IMG/VR virus record: IMGVR_UViG_3300005259_000075
Span: 1-37,899 of that record
Reading direction: 5' to 3' (one strand)
Length of the DNA: 37,899 nucleotides
Source: a virus
Taxonomy: Duplodnaviria; Caudoviricetes
Shown here one piece after another: positions 8,686 through 16,686 of this stretch. The translations under genes were made by a program, and so were the position numbers. Position 1 is the stretch's first letter; each line of letters opens with the position of its first letter. The notes beneath the pieces were generated by a model. It was not told the DNA's origin and did no database searches. It saw nothing but the letters and a program-made list of their open reading frames with translations.

Positions 8686-8880
8686 ATGAAAATTATTGAG
8701 GTTACGGGCAATGGCGATACCGGGACAAAATACAGCGTTCCGGTGGAACAGATTGCCTATATCCGCGATCATGACGGGATTACGCCGACCACGATTCACT
8801 TGTTGCACGGTCAGCGGATTCAGACGCGGGAAACCGCCGGGATGATCCGGGCGCTGATGGCAAAAGCAGTTAGCATTTAG
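8686..8880 (+). CDS. Small protein resembling the FlbD/SwrD-like family
   Basis: VPVEQIAYI...TTIHLLHGQRIQTRET pattern. Confidence 0.5.
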   Translation: MKIIEVTGNGDTGTKYSVPVEQIAYIRDHDGITPTTIHLLHGQRIQTRETAGMIRALMAKAVSI

Positions 8881-8947
8881 CAGATAGCATTTAGCATTTA
8901 GGAAAGTTTACAGTTCACAGTTCACAGTTCACAGTTCACAGTTCACG
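8871..8947 (+). repeat. TAGCATT heptamer array 2 fused to a GTTCACA heptamer array
   Basis: 5 TAG-initiated heptamers (8871..8905), then 6 GTTCACA-type heptamers (8906..8947). Confidence 0.95.
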
Positions 8948-8971
8948 GCAAAAAACAGAGGATAGCGCGAA

Positions 8972-9283
8972 ATGAAACGGAAATGGGCAATCTATACGCG
9001 GAAAACGTTAACGGTGATGTTCGGGCCGGTCGGGCAGCGTCCGGCAGCGGCAAGCCGTCTGGCGGCGCTTAACGGCGGCGGCGCGAAACAGTACGCGCTG
9101 GCGGTGGCAAAAGTCGATGAGGCGGGCAAGATGGTGCATTGTCATCCGGCCCGAATGGCGGCGCGGATTATGCCGCTGGTGACGGGACGGCGCAAAAAAA
9201 GCAAGCCCGTGATTCGGGTTAAAAAGCCGGAGCCGAAGCCGTCCAGGGAGTGCGTAAGGCTGTTGCAGATGGAGTTGTTTTGA
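8972..9283 (+). CDS. Hypothetical basic protein
   Basis: 103-aa ORF between two heptamer arrays; ends in QMELF, resembling a beta-clamp-binding motif. Confidence 0.6.
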   Translation: MKRKWAIYTRKTLTVMFGPVGQRPAAASRLAALNGGGAKQYALAVAKVDEAGKMVHCHPARMAARIMPLVTGRRKKSKPVIRVKKPEPKPSRECVRLLQMELF

Positions 9284-9285
9284 GG

Positions 9286-9323
9286 GAGCATTTAGCATTT
9301 AGCAGATAGCATTTAGCATTTAG
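9286..9323 (+). repeat. TAGCATT heptamer array 3
   Basis: GAGCATT TAGCATT TAGCAGA TAGCATT TAGCATT TAG. Confidence 0.95.
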
Positions 9324-9335
9324 AGAGGCGCAAAT

Positions 9336-9914
9336 ATGGCAATCTGGAACAACGGCAAAATGACCGTAATTGCGGCAAGCCGGGAACGGGCGGCGGCGGA
9401 ATATCTGCGCCGGACCGGCAGCGAGAGCCAGGCCGGGGAATGGTCGGAACTCGCCACCTGGCCCGCGTATCCGATCAGATTAAAAGGGAAGCTCAAGGAG
9501 GACTTAAAAAAGGCGGCGGCGATTTTTGATCTGTCGGAGTCGGAAATCATCGGCAAGGCCGTCCGCAAAGCCAGACGGATAAAACCGGCTGTAGTCGTTG
9601 ATAAAAACAATCAGGACGACCACAAAAGCGATTACGGCGATCCGGTAAAAGTTTATGATTTCGACCCGGAGCCGGAAAACGATCCGGCGCTTTTCCGGGC
9701 TTATCTGGCCTGGTATCTGGCACAGTATGATCTGACCGCGCCGCCCAGCCGCGCGAGATTCGACCGGATCAGGGAGGAGGCGTATCACAGCGAATGCACC
9801 ATGAAAACCGCCGTTGCCAGCGCGGTAATCCAGCAGGAAGAGCTGGCGGTATCGTTTGAGCAACGGATAACCAGATGGCAGGGATGGAAAGAAAAAGAGG
9901 AAAACAAAGAATGA
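9336..9914 (+). CDS. Mosaic gene A: RHH-like N-half + shared core + C1 half
   Basis: YPIRLKGKLKEDLKKAAAIFDLSESEIIGKAVR is RHH-like; the last ~70 aa nearly match the end of 13253..13654. Confidence 0.8.
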   Translation: MAIWNNGKMTVIAASRERAAAEYLRRTGSESQAGEWSELATWPAYPIRLKGKLKEDLKKAAAIFDLSESEIIGKAVRKARRIKPAVVVDKNNQDDHKSDYGDPVKVYDFDPEPENDPALFRAYLAWYLAQYDLTAPPSRARFDRIREEAYHSECTMKTAVASAVIQQEELAVSFEQRITRWQGWKEKEENKE

Positions 9915-9917
9915 AAA
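9703..9917 (+). repeat. Direct repeat C1, copy 1 (partner 13443..13657, offset 3740)
   Basis: Manual alignment: 14 mismatches in 215 bp, no indels. Confidence 0.95.
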
Positions 9918-10516
9918 ACATCAATGAATTTGAACAGGTGAGTGAAACGGAAGCTCGGGAAATTGTGCGGCGGACAATGCGCAATGCACATTTGTATCCC
10001 GAATATATCGAGCGGTATATCGCCAAGGATTTTCTGTGCGACGCGGCAACCGGAATCAAAAAAATAGAGGAAGAAAGTAAGGAACTGCTCGAGGCGCTGA
10101 AACGCTTGCAAAAAGAGATGACAACTTGCATGACCGGCTATCAACAGGCAGTAAGAATTCCCGGAGATATTGCCAATTCGGTATTATTTCAGTGCTTTCG
10201 CGATGCAATGGAACAAGCCACAAATGCCATTGCCAAGACCGCAAGGGAAACAAACGTAAGCAACACAACAAAACCGAGCAATAATATTGTGATTTATAAT
10301 CAACGTGGCCATATGATGGCCATGTGTGGTATAAACAAAGAAGGCAAAGGGGAATTGCTTTATATCGCGCCTGATATGCTGGTTTGGCAATTGAGAAAAT
10401 ATTGCGGCGAAATCCTTGGAGGAGATACTTGCCGCTGTATGTCTTACCGAACAGAAAACGGCCATTGCACATCAAAAGAACACTGCAAAATCTATCAGGC
10501 GCTTAAGAATAATTGA
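9911..10516 (+). CDS. Hypothetical phage protein
   Basis: ATGA overlap with gene A; ELLEALK motif; Cys-rich C-terminus. Confidence 0.65.
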   Translation: MKNINEFEQVSETEAREIVRRTMRNAHLYPEYIERYIAKDFLCDAATGIKKIEEESKELLEALKRLQKEMTTCMTGYQQAVRIPGDIANSVLFQCFRDAMEQATNAIAKTARETNVSNTTKPSNNIVIYNQRGHMMAMCGINKEGKGELLYIAPDMLVWQLRKYCGEILGGDTCRCMSYRTENGHCTSKEHCKIYQALKNN

Positions 10517-10528
10517 GGAAAATAAAGA

Positions 10529-11377
10529 ATGAGCAAGGCAAAATATTGGACAAAAGCCTGGAATCCGGTCGTTGGATGTCGCAAGGCGAGCGAGGGGTGC
10601 CAGAATTGCTACGCGGAGCGCATAACGGAGCGTTTCGGCATTAACGGCGGCGATTTTACGCCGAGGCAAATGAGCAACAGCAACCCGCCGAAATCAGGCG
10701 TGGTTTTTGTCGGCAACATGACCGATCTGTTTGGCGATTGGAATAGCCGGGAACAGATTCGGGACTGGCTGGCGCAGTTGTCGCGATCGGCAATTAACAT
10801 GGTGCTCACTAAACGCGCCGAACGCATGGCCGAAGTAATTTATCCGGGCGCGGAACTGCCCCATGTCTGGTGGGGCGTTACTGCCGAGAATCAGACGCGA
10901 GCGGATGAGCGGATACCTCATCTGTTATCGGTTAAACCATTGGAATCGAGTTTCAATTCAAATGATTTGCGAATTAACCGCTGGCTGTCATTAGAGCCGC
11001 TTTTGGGGTCGCTTGATATCATTCGCTATATTGGTTTTAATGCCTATAAGTGTGCTTGCGGATGGCACGAAACCGAGCGTAATTTGATCCTTTCCAATCC
11101 CAAAAACAACGGATTGTGGGGCTGGTGTCAATGCCGCATATGTGGGGAACGCGCTTTTCAGTCCAGCTCTGCGTCTTGGGTGGTCGTCGGGGCCGAATCC
11201 GGTCCCAATCGCCGCCCCTGCCAAATAGAATGGGTGCGTTCGATTGTTGCACAGTGCCAGGCCGCCGGGGTGCCGGTATTTGTCAAGCAACTCGACCTCG
11301 ACGGCAAACTCGTAACCGATATTAATCAATTCCCGGAAGATTTACGCATCCGGGAAATTCCGTGGAGTAAACAATGA
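10529..11377 (+). CDS. DUF5131 / phage Gp37Gp68 family (radical-SAM-like Cys motif)
   Basis: WNPVVGCRKASEGCQNCYA, FVGNMTDLF, LTKRAER, SLEPLLG, WVVVGAESGP, GVPVFVKQL. Confidence 0.92.
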   Translation: MSKAKYWTKAWNPVVGCRKASEGCQNCYAERITERFGINGGDFTPRQMSNSNPPKSGVVFVGNMTDLFGDWNSREQIRDWLAQLSRSAINMVLTKRAERMAEVIYPGAELPHVWWGVTAENQTRADERIPHLLSVKPLESSFNSNDLRINRWLSLEPLLGSLDIIRYIGFNAYKCACGWHETERNLILSNPKNNGLWGWCQCRICGERAFQSSSASWVVVGAESGPNRRPCQIEWVRSIVAQCQAAGVPVFVKQLDLDGKLVTDINQFPEDLRIREIPWSKQ

Positions 11378-11604
11378 TCACTAAGCACGTAATTAAAGAT
11401 TCAACTTGGGATTGCGGTATATCAAAGTTCAATCAAATAAAAAACATGCTGCAACACGATGGTTTTGCGATAGTTGATTACACCATTGATTACAATCACG
11501 GGGCAACGTTGCGGCACGAATTCGCGGCAACAATTACGAGCCGTCCGGCCAAAGTGATAGGCATTGAACAAGTGATGATCAGAAAAACGGAGGAAAAACA
11601 ATGA
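11374..11604 (+). CDS. Hypothetical protein
   Basis: ATGA-coupled on both sides. Confidence 0.65.
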   Translation: MITKHVIKDSTWDCGISKFNQIKNMLQHDGFAIVDYTIDYNHGATLRHEFAATITSRPAKVIGIEQVMIRKTEEKQ

Positions 11605-11936
11605 ACGGTAAAATCGGCTGTGCCCTAGTGGCGGGATGTTTTTTTGCTATTGCTATTGGCCTTGACATTCTTGTGGTTACACATACCGAATATCTCAGCG
11701 CTACAGTGACGGATAAACAGGTAGTGGTTAGCGATAACAACAGCAAATATCTGATCTTCACCACAAATGAGGTTTTTGAGAACTGTGACAGCTATTTCTT
11801 TGCAAAATTCGACAGCTCTGATTTTGAAAACCGCATTGAGAAAAACAAAACCTACCGTTTCAGGGTATCCGGTTATCGCATCCCGTTTTTTAGCATGTAT
11901 CGGAATATCATTGAAGTAAAAGAGGAGAAACCATGA
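11601..11936 (+). CDS. Membrane-anchored protein (DUF1523-like)
   Basis: N-terminal TM helix; VFENCDSYFFAKFDSSD...GYRIPFFSMYRNII. Confidence 0.65.
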   Translation: MNGKIGCALVAGCFFAIAIGLDILVVTHTEYLSATVTDKQVVVSDNNSKYLIFTTNEVFENCDSYFFAKFDSSDFENRIEKNKTYRFRVSGYRIPFFSMYRNIIEVKEEKP

Positions 11937-12157
11937 AAGCTAAAATCAGGTTTGCAAAAATCAGGAGTACCCAGGCGGATCATGACAACAAGCTGGCAAT
12001 TGAGTTGATGAACGATCAGGGGAACATGATTGCGGACATTACTATCAGCACCGAGGATTTTGCCCGGATCGTGTTTACCGGCGGCGAAATTCCGGCGGAA
12101 ATCATTCGCGGCTGGTCGGCTAATCTGGCCTGGTATCTGGCGCAGTATGATCTGACC
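11923..12157 (+). repeat. Direct repeat N2, copy 1 (partner 13243..13477, offset 1320)
   Basis: Manual alignment: 8 mismatches in 235 bp; includes the RBS and start codon. Confidence 0.95.
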
Positions 12158-12259
12158 CAAAAACCGCAAACAGTACCCTATAGCGAGGAAACCAAGCGCG
12201 AAATAAAAAAATATGCGGCGGCAGAATTAGAAGCAAAACAAAGAGAGGCGAGGAATTAA
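11933..12259 (+). CDS. Mosaic gene B: N2 half + shared core + unique C2 half
   Basis: First 75 aa nearly identical to 13253..13654. Confidence 0.8.
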   Translation: MKAKIRFAKIRSTQADHDNKLAIELMNDQGNMIADITISTEDFARIVFTGGEIPAEIIRGWSANLAWYLAQYDLTQKPQTVPYSEETKREIKKYAAAELEAKQREARN

Positions 12260-12263
12260 AGCA

Positions 12264-13205
12264 ATGATTGACCAACAAACATTAACCGAGCGCACATATT
12301 TACTGGGGCTTAGGCAAAAAATGCCGCTTGATTTAAAAATCCAATATACTGTAAATCGTATCAAGTGGTTTTTGCAACAACAAACCATGTCCTCATCAAT
12401 TATGTTTTCAGGTGGCATTGATAGTATGGTATTGTTGCATATTGCACGAAAATATGTTGATCCCAACATCCCCGCGGTGTTTTCCAATACTGGAGTGGAG
12501 TTTCCAGAAATAGTAAAATTTGTTAAAACAACACCCAATGTAAAAATTTTAAAGCCCCAAATGTCATATCGTGACGTGTTACTAAAGCACGGATATCCGG
12601 TTGTATCAAAACAAGTCGCTCGTTTTTTATGGGACATCCGCAATGCCAGCGACCGCAACAAAAATACTGTAAAATTGCGCATGGAGGGAGTTAACAGCAA
12701 AGGTGAAATTTCCAACACCATGAAATTGCCCCAAAAATGGCACTATCTCATCAGAGCTCCATTTAAAATATCGCACAGGTGCTGTGACTGTTTAAAAAAG
12801 CAGGTTATGGCCAGAATAACAATGTTACCAATAATTGGCACAATGGCCAGTGATAGCCAAAATCGACGGCGCGATTATCTAATTAACGGGTGCAATATCT
12901 ATGACGGTCAACATGTTCAATGCCGACCGCTATCATTTTGGACGACTAGCAATGTTTGGGATTATATCCACTCAGAAAATATTCCGTATTGTGAAATTTA
13001 CGATGCGGGATATATGCACACGGGATGTGTTTCTTGTGGTTTCGGGGTTCATCTGGAAAAAGGCGAAAACAGATTTCAAATGCTTTATAGGACACATCCA
13101 TCGCTATGGGATGCACATATTAATCACTATGGATGGGGAAATGTTTTGAGCTATATGAATATTCCCTTTATTCCTGGTCCCCAGCAAAAGTTGTTTAATT
13201 TTTAA
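12264..13205 (+). CDS. PAPS-reductase family protein (phage type)
   Basis: PP-loop FSGGIDS, NTGVEFPE, GYPVVSK, ISHRCCDCLKK, PLSFWT, TGCVSCGFG; visibly AT-richer than its flanks. Confidence 0.9.
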   Translation: MIDQQTLTERTYLLGLRQKMPLDLKIQYTVNRIKWFLQQQTMSSSIMFSGGIDSMVLLHIARKYVDPNIPAVFSNTGVEFPEIVKFVKTTPNVKILKPQMSYRDVLLKHGYPVVSKQVARFLWDIRNASDRNKNTVKLRMEGVNSKGEISNTMKLPQKWHYLIRAPFKISHRCCDCLKKQVMARITMLPIIGTMASDSQNRRRDYLINGCNIYDGQHVQCRPLSFWTTSNVWDYIHSENIPYCEIYDAGYMHTGCVSCGFGVHLEKGENRFQMLYRTHPSLWDAHINHYGWGNVLSYMNIPFIPGPQQKLFNF

Positions 13206-13242
13206 TAATCAAGCTGAAAAATGAGCAGACAAACACAAATAA

Positions 13243-13657
13243 AGGAGAAACCATGAAAGCAAAAATCAGGTTTGCAAAAATCAGGAGCACCCACGCGGAT
13301 CATGACAACAAGCTGGCAATTGAGTTGATGAACGATCAGGGAAACATGATTGCGGACATTGCTATCAGCACCGAGGATTTTGCCCGGATCGTGTTTACCG
13401 GCGGCGAAATTCCGGCGGAAATCATTCGCGGCTGGTCGGCGAATCTGGCCTGGTATCTGGCGCAGCACGATCTGACCGCGCCGACCAGCCGCGCAAAATT
13501 CGACCGGATCAGGGAGGAGGCGTATCACAGCGAATGCGCCATGAAAACCGCTGTTGCCAGCGCGGCAATCCAGCAGGAAGAGCTGGCGGTGTCGCTTGAG
13601 CAACGGATAACCAGATGGCAGGGATGGAAAGAAAAAGAGGAAAATAAAATATGAAAA
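13243..13657 (+). repeat. Composite second copy: N2' (13243..13477) overlapping C1' (13443..13657) in the 35-bp core
   Basis: Left part matches 11923..12157, right part matches 9703..9917. Confidence 0.95.
13253..13654 (+). CDS. Mosaic gene C: N-half of gene B + core + C-half of gene A
   Basis: Direct protein comparison with genes A and B. Confidence 0.85.
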   Translation: MKAKIRFAKIRSTHADHDNKLAIELMNDQGNMIADIAISTEDFARIVFTGGEIPAEIIRGWSANLAWYLAQHDLTAPTSRAKFDRIREEAYHSECAMKTAVASAAIQQEELAVSLEQRITRWQGWKEKEENKI

Positions 13658-14043
13658 TATGTCCAGAATGCGGTAGTCATGATGTAATCATTTTTACTTG
13701 TGATTATGATTTTTGTCGAAAATGCGGTCGTAATTTTCCGGCTGTTAAGGAAATTCCCGATGGCATTGACCGCATCGCCGCCGAGCGCAAGCGCCAGATT
13801 GAAAAGGAGGGGTACACGGCGGAACACGATAAACAACATTCGGCAAATGCTCTGATAGAGGCAGCATTGTGTTATGTTGGAATAGTAATCCGACCGTTGC
13901 CGGACAGCGAAGTTCCGCTAATCTGGCCATGGGATAACGAATTTTGGAAGCCATCGCCCAATCCGATCAGAAATCTGGAGAAAGCCGGAGCGCTGATCGC
14001 GGCAGCGATTGACCGGATTCAGATGGAGGATAAACAGTCATGA
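13651..14043 (+). CDS. Conserved phage hypothetical protein with N-terminal zinc ribbon
   Basis: CPEC...CRKC; IAAERKRQIEKEGYTAEHD...WPW...RNLEKAGALIAAAIDR. Confidence 0.8.
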   Translation: MKICPECGSHDVIIFTCDYDFCRKCGRNFPAVKEIPDGIDRIAAERKRQIEKEGYTAEHDKQHSANALIEAALCYVGIVIRPLPDSEVPLIWPWDNEFWKPSPNPIRNLEKAGALIAAAIDRIQMEDKQS

Positions 14044-14678
14044 TCAAAGAAATTCCGATGATTTTTAACAGCGCTATGGTCCGGGCAATTCTGAGCGGAC
14101 AAAAGACCCAGACGCGGCGCATCGCGAAACCGTTTCCGCCCGCCGGACAATCGACTATTGACGAGGGATTTAAACCAACCGTGTTTATCAACAACGCTTG
14201 CAATAAAAAATGGCAGTGGCAAAAAGGCGCATGGTTTTCCGGTCACATTCACAATCTTCCCTGCCAGCCCGGCGACCGCATTTATGTGCGGGAAGCTTGG
14301 TCAAATTGGTATTATGACGATGCCGCAAAAGCGCAAAAATATTGGTATCGTGCCGATTATGCCGATGACCATGATCCGGATGGATGGGATAACTCGCCGT
14401 CAACCAAAGATCGCTGGTATCCCTCCATCCACATGCCCAAAACGGCGGCGCGGATCTGGTTGGAGGTGGTCAGCGTTAGTGCACAACGAATACAGGAAAT
14501 TACGCCGGAAGATGCTTGGAATGAAGGGTTTTCCTGTTCATGTTTACATCCCATCCCTCAATGCGCCGGTAATGTTTCTGCCTTCGCTGCCACTTGGGAA
14601 AATACCTATCACAACTGGTTAGCCAATCCGTGGGTATGGCGGATTGAGTTCAAAAAATTTAAACTGATGGAATCATAA
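14040..14678 (+). CDS. ASCH/PUA-like phage protein
   Basis: PMIFNSAMVRAILSGQKTQTRR, GDRIYVRE, WYPSIHMP, NPWVWRIEF. Confidence 0.8.
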   Translation: MIKEIPMIFNSAMVRAILSGQKTQTRRIAKPFPPAGQSTIDEGFKPTVFINNACNKKWQWQKGAWFSGHIHNLPCQPGDRIYVREAWSNWYYDDAAKAQKYWYRADYADDHDPDGWDNSPSTKDRWYPSIHMPKTAARIWLEVVSVSAQRIQEITPEDAWNEGFSCSCLHPIPQCAGNVSAFAATWENTYHNWLANPWVWRIEFKKFKLMES

Positions 14679-14687
14679 GGCGTAAAT

Positions 14688-15611
14688 ATGGATCAGGACG
14701 CGGGATATATCCGGCTGTACCGGAAAGCGTTTAAAAATTTCCTGTGGACGGAAAAGCGGCAACTGTCACGCTTCGAGGCGTGGCTTGATCTGCTGGCGGA
14801 AGCCTGGTATGGCGATCAGCCCGGAAAAATGACGGTTTGCGGACGGGTATTGACCGTTAACCGGGGCGAAGTATTGCGCAGTCTGGAAGGCTGGGCGGAG
14901 CGTTGGGGATGGAGTAAGACAACAGTAACCCGGTTTATTCTTTTGCTGGAAAATGAGCAGATGATTGTGCACGTCAATGAGTGTCGCACCAGCCGCATTT
15001 TAATCGTCAATTACGACCTTTTTAACCTCGACGAAAATGAGGCGTTAAAAAATCGTAACGAAAACGGAACGCTCACGGAACGACAAGCGGAACGACCAAA
15101 GCACGGCAAATCAACCGTTTGCAATAATTGCCGGAACGGTGGCGGAACGACAGGCGGAACGCTCGCGGAACGCTCGCGGAACGCTCGCGGAACGCCAATA
15201 AAAGAAGAAGGAAAGAAAGAAAGAATAAATAACGCGGGCGATGATCTTTTTAATCACGGATCAGGGAGGAAGAAAAAAAGAACAGTCAGCCATCCGGCGG
15301 AACTAATACCCGCAGCGCTTCGCCGCATGGTTTTTTATCGGGCCTGGATCAGCTGGCACCAGGAGCGCCGGAAAAGAGGCAAACCGATGACGGACCGCGC
15401 CGCAAAGGAGCAACTGAAAGAGTTATCCAAGTGGTCGCCGGAGGACGCGGCGGCAATGATCAGGCAGAGCATAAAAAACAGCTGGACGGGAATATTTGAA
15501 CTTAAAAAAAACAACAACCAGGGAGCAAAACGAAATGAACAGTATCGGAACGCTGTTAAACCCAACACCTACCACGCCCCCGGCGTCACTCACGCCCTGC
15601 CGGAAGATTGA
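14688..15611 (+). CDS. Phage replication initiator
   Basis: GYIRLYRK N-terminal winged-helix region, central iteron-encoded repeats, C-terminal SIKNSWTGIF; upstream of a DnaC-like gene. Confidence 0.85.
   Translation: MDQDAGYIRLYRKAFKNFLWTEKRQLSRFEAWLDLLAEAWYGDQPGKMTVCGRVLTVNRGEVLRSLEGWAERWGWSKTTVTRFILLLENEQMIVHVNECRTSRILIVNYDLFNLDENEALKNRNENGTLTERQAERPKHGKSTVCNNCRNGGGTTGGTLAERSRNARGTPIKEEGKKERINNAGDDLFNHGSGRKKKRTVSHPAELIPAALRRMVFYRAWISWHQERRKRGKPMTDRAAKEQLKELSKWSPEDAAAMIRQSIKNSWTGIFELKKNNNQGAKRNEQYRNAVKPNTYHAPGVTHALPED
15065..15232 (+). repeat. Putative replication origin: iterons plus A-rich tract
   Basis: Nine CGGAACG copies in clusters of 3 and 6, spaced 11-12 bp, then a purine/A-rich stretch inside the initiator gene. 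Confidence 0.8.
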
Positions 15612-16230
15612 GCCGGAAACGGAACAAGAAAAAATCGAGGCATGGCAGGATAAAATAGCGGGCATGATGCGGCGGAGTGGTCAGGCTATACTGGACGCTC
15701 GCGGCACGGGCGAGCAATGGCAGAATTACCGGGCAGTGATTAACTATGTAGCCCGCTATCGGCTGGGGCTGGCAAAAAAGGGGCTGCTGCTGATGGGCGG
15801 CACCGGAACGGGAAAAACCACGCTGTTGCGGGTGATGGTGGATTTGATCAAAATCGAATGGCGGCAAGCGGATCAGATTGCGGAGTTTGCCCAGGACGAT
15901 GCGGAGGAGTTCCGCCGCGCCCTGCGGCTGAAATGGTATGATGACGCCCGGCGGCGTCATTTCGACGCGCTGGAGGCCGATATGGTGATCGACGACATTG
16001 GCACCGAACCGGCGGAAATCATGGTATTCGGGACGCGGAAAAATCCGTTATCCGAGGCGATCCACCTGCGGCATATCGAATGGCAGAACCATGGGATTAA
16101 AACGCATTTTTCCACCAATTTGAGCCCGGACGAAATCGTCAGCCGCTATTCGGCGCGGACGTGGTCGAGGCTCAATGAAATGTGCGAACTGGTGGAGATC
16201 GGCGGGGCGGACCGGAGAATCAGGGCATGA
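15535..16230 (+). CDS. DnaC/IstB-like AAA+ ATPase (helicase loader)
   Basis: Walker A GGTGTGKT, Walker B MVIDDIGTE, STNL, SRLNEM; GGAG SD before ATG 15535. Confidence 0.88.
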   Translation: MNSIGTLLNPTPTTPPASLTPCRKIEPETEQEKIEAWQDKIAGMMRRSGQAILDARGTGEQWQNYRAVINYVARYRLGLAKKGLLLMGGTGTGKTTLLRVMVDLIKIEWRQADQIAEFAQDDAEEFRRALRLKWYDDARRRHFDALEADMVIDDIGTEPAEIMVFGTRKNPLSEAIHLRHIEWQNHGIKTHFSTNLSPDEIVSRYSARTWSRLNEMCELVEIGGADRRIRA

Positions 16231-16400
16231 CCGCCGAGGTTAGAAAATGTCCGGTACACGGGACGGAGCACGATTATCCGAGCCCGCACGTTGACGACAA
16301 GCCAGCGCCCGGCGGCGTCTGTCAGGTATGCTGGTTTCGCCATGGGCGGTTTATGCCGCTGTCGGCAAGCAACAATCAATCAAACCAAGGTAAAAAATGA
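16227..16400 (+). CDS. Small zinc-binding hypothetical protein
   Basis: CPVH...CQVC; ATGA overlaps at both ends. Confidence 0.55.
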   Translation: MTAEVRKCPVHGTEHDYPSPHVDDKPAPGGVCQVCWFRHGRFMPLSASNNQSNQGKK

Positions 16401-16597
16401 CAAAAATAAGCACAAGCACCGTAAATTTTCTGACGCCCAAGCCGGGCGAATTGGCAAATCTGCGCGAGATGACATCGACGGAACTGGGCGAGATTTATAC
16501 CAGGGCAATCGTCCAGGAACGTTATTGCATCGAAATGGGAAACGCAGCAAAAGACATCCGCGATGCGGCGGATCAAATCATCATGGGGCGAAAATAA
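16397..16597 (+). CDS. Hypothetical protein
   Basis: Coupled 66-aa ORF. Confidence 0.6.
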   Translation: MTKISTSTVNFLTPKPGELANLREMTSTELGEIYTRAIVQERYCIEMGNAAKDIRDAADQIIMGRK

Positions 16598-16686
16598 TGC
16601 GCTGGTTAATCATCATTGAAATTATTCGCGCCTGGCGGCGAAGATATCGCCGGAAACAAGGAGGAAAACGCCATGCCCGCCCGTGA
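16597..16686 (+). CDS. Putative 29-aa hydrophobic/basic peptide
   Basis: TAATG overlap; MRWLIIIEIIRAWRRRYRRKQGGKRHARP. Confidence 0.4.
   Translation: MRWLIIIEIIRAWRRRYRRKQGGKRHARP

Noticed and set aside
12264-13205. cysH as a sulfur-assimilation auxiliary metabolic gene
   Set aside because: Lacks the C-terminal ECGLH motif of true CysH and has no cys neighbours; only the fold family is supported
9703-13657. Diversity-generating retroelement TR/VR pair
   Set aside because: Mismatches between repeat copies are mostly transitions in both directions, not adenine-specific, and no reverse transcriptase is present
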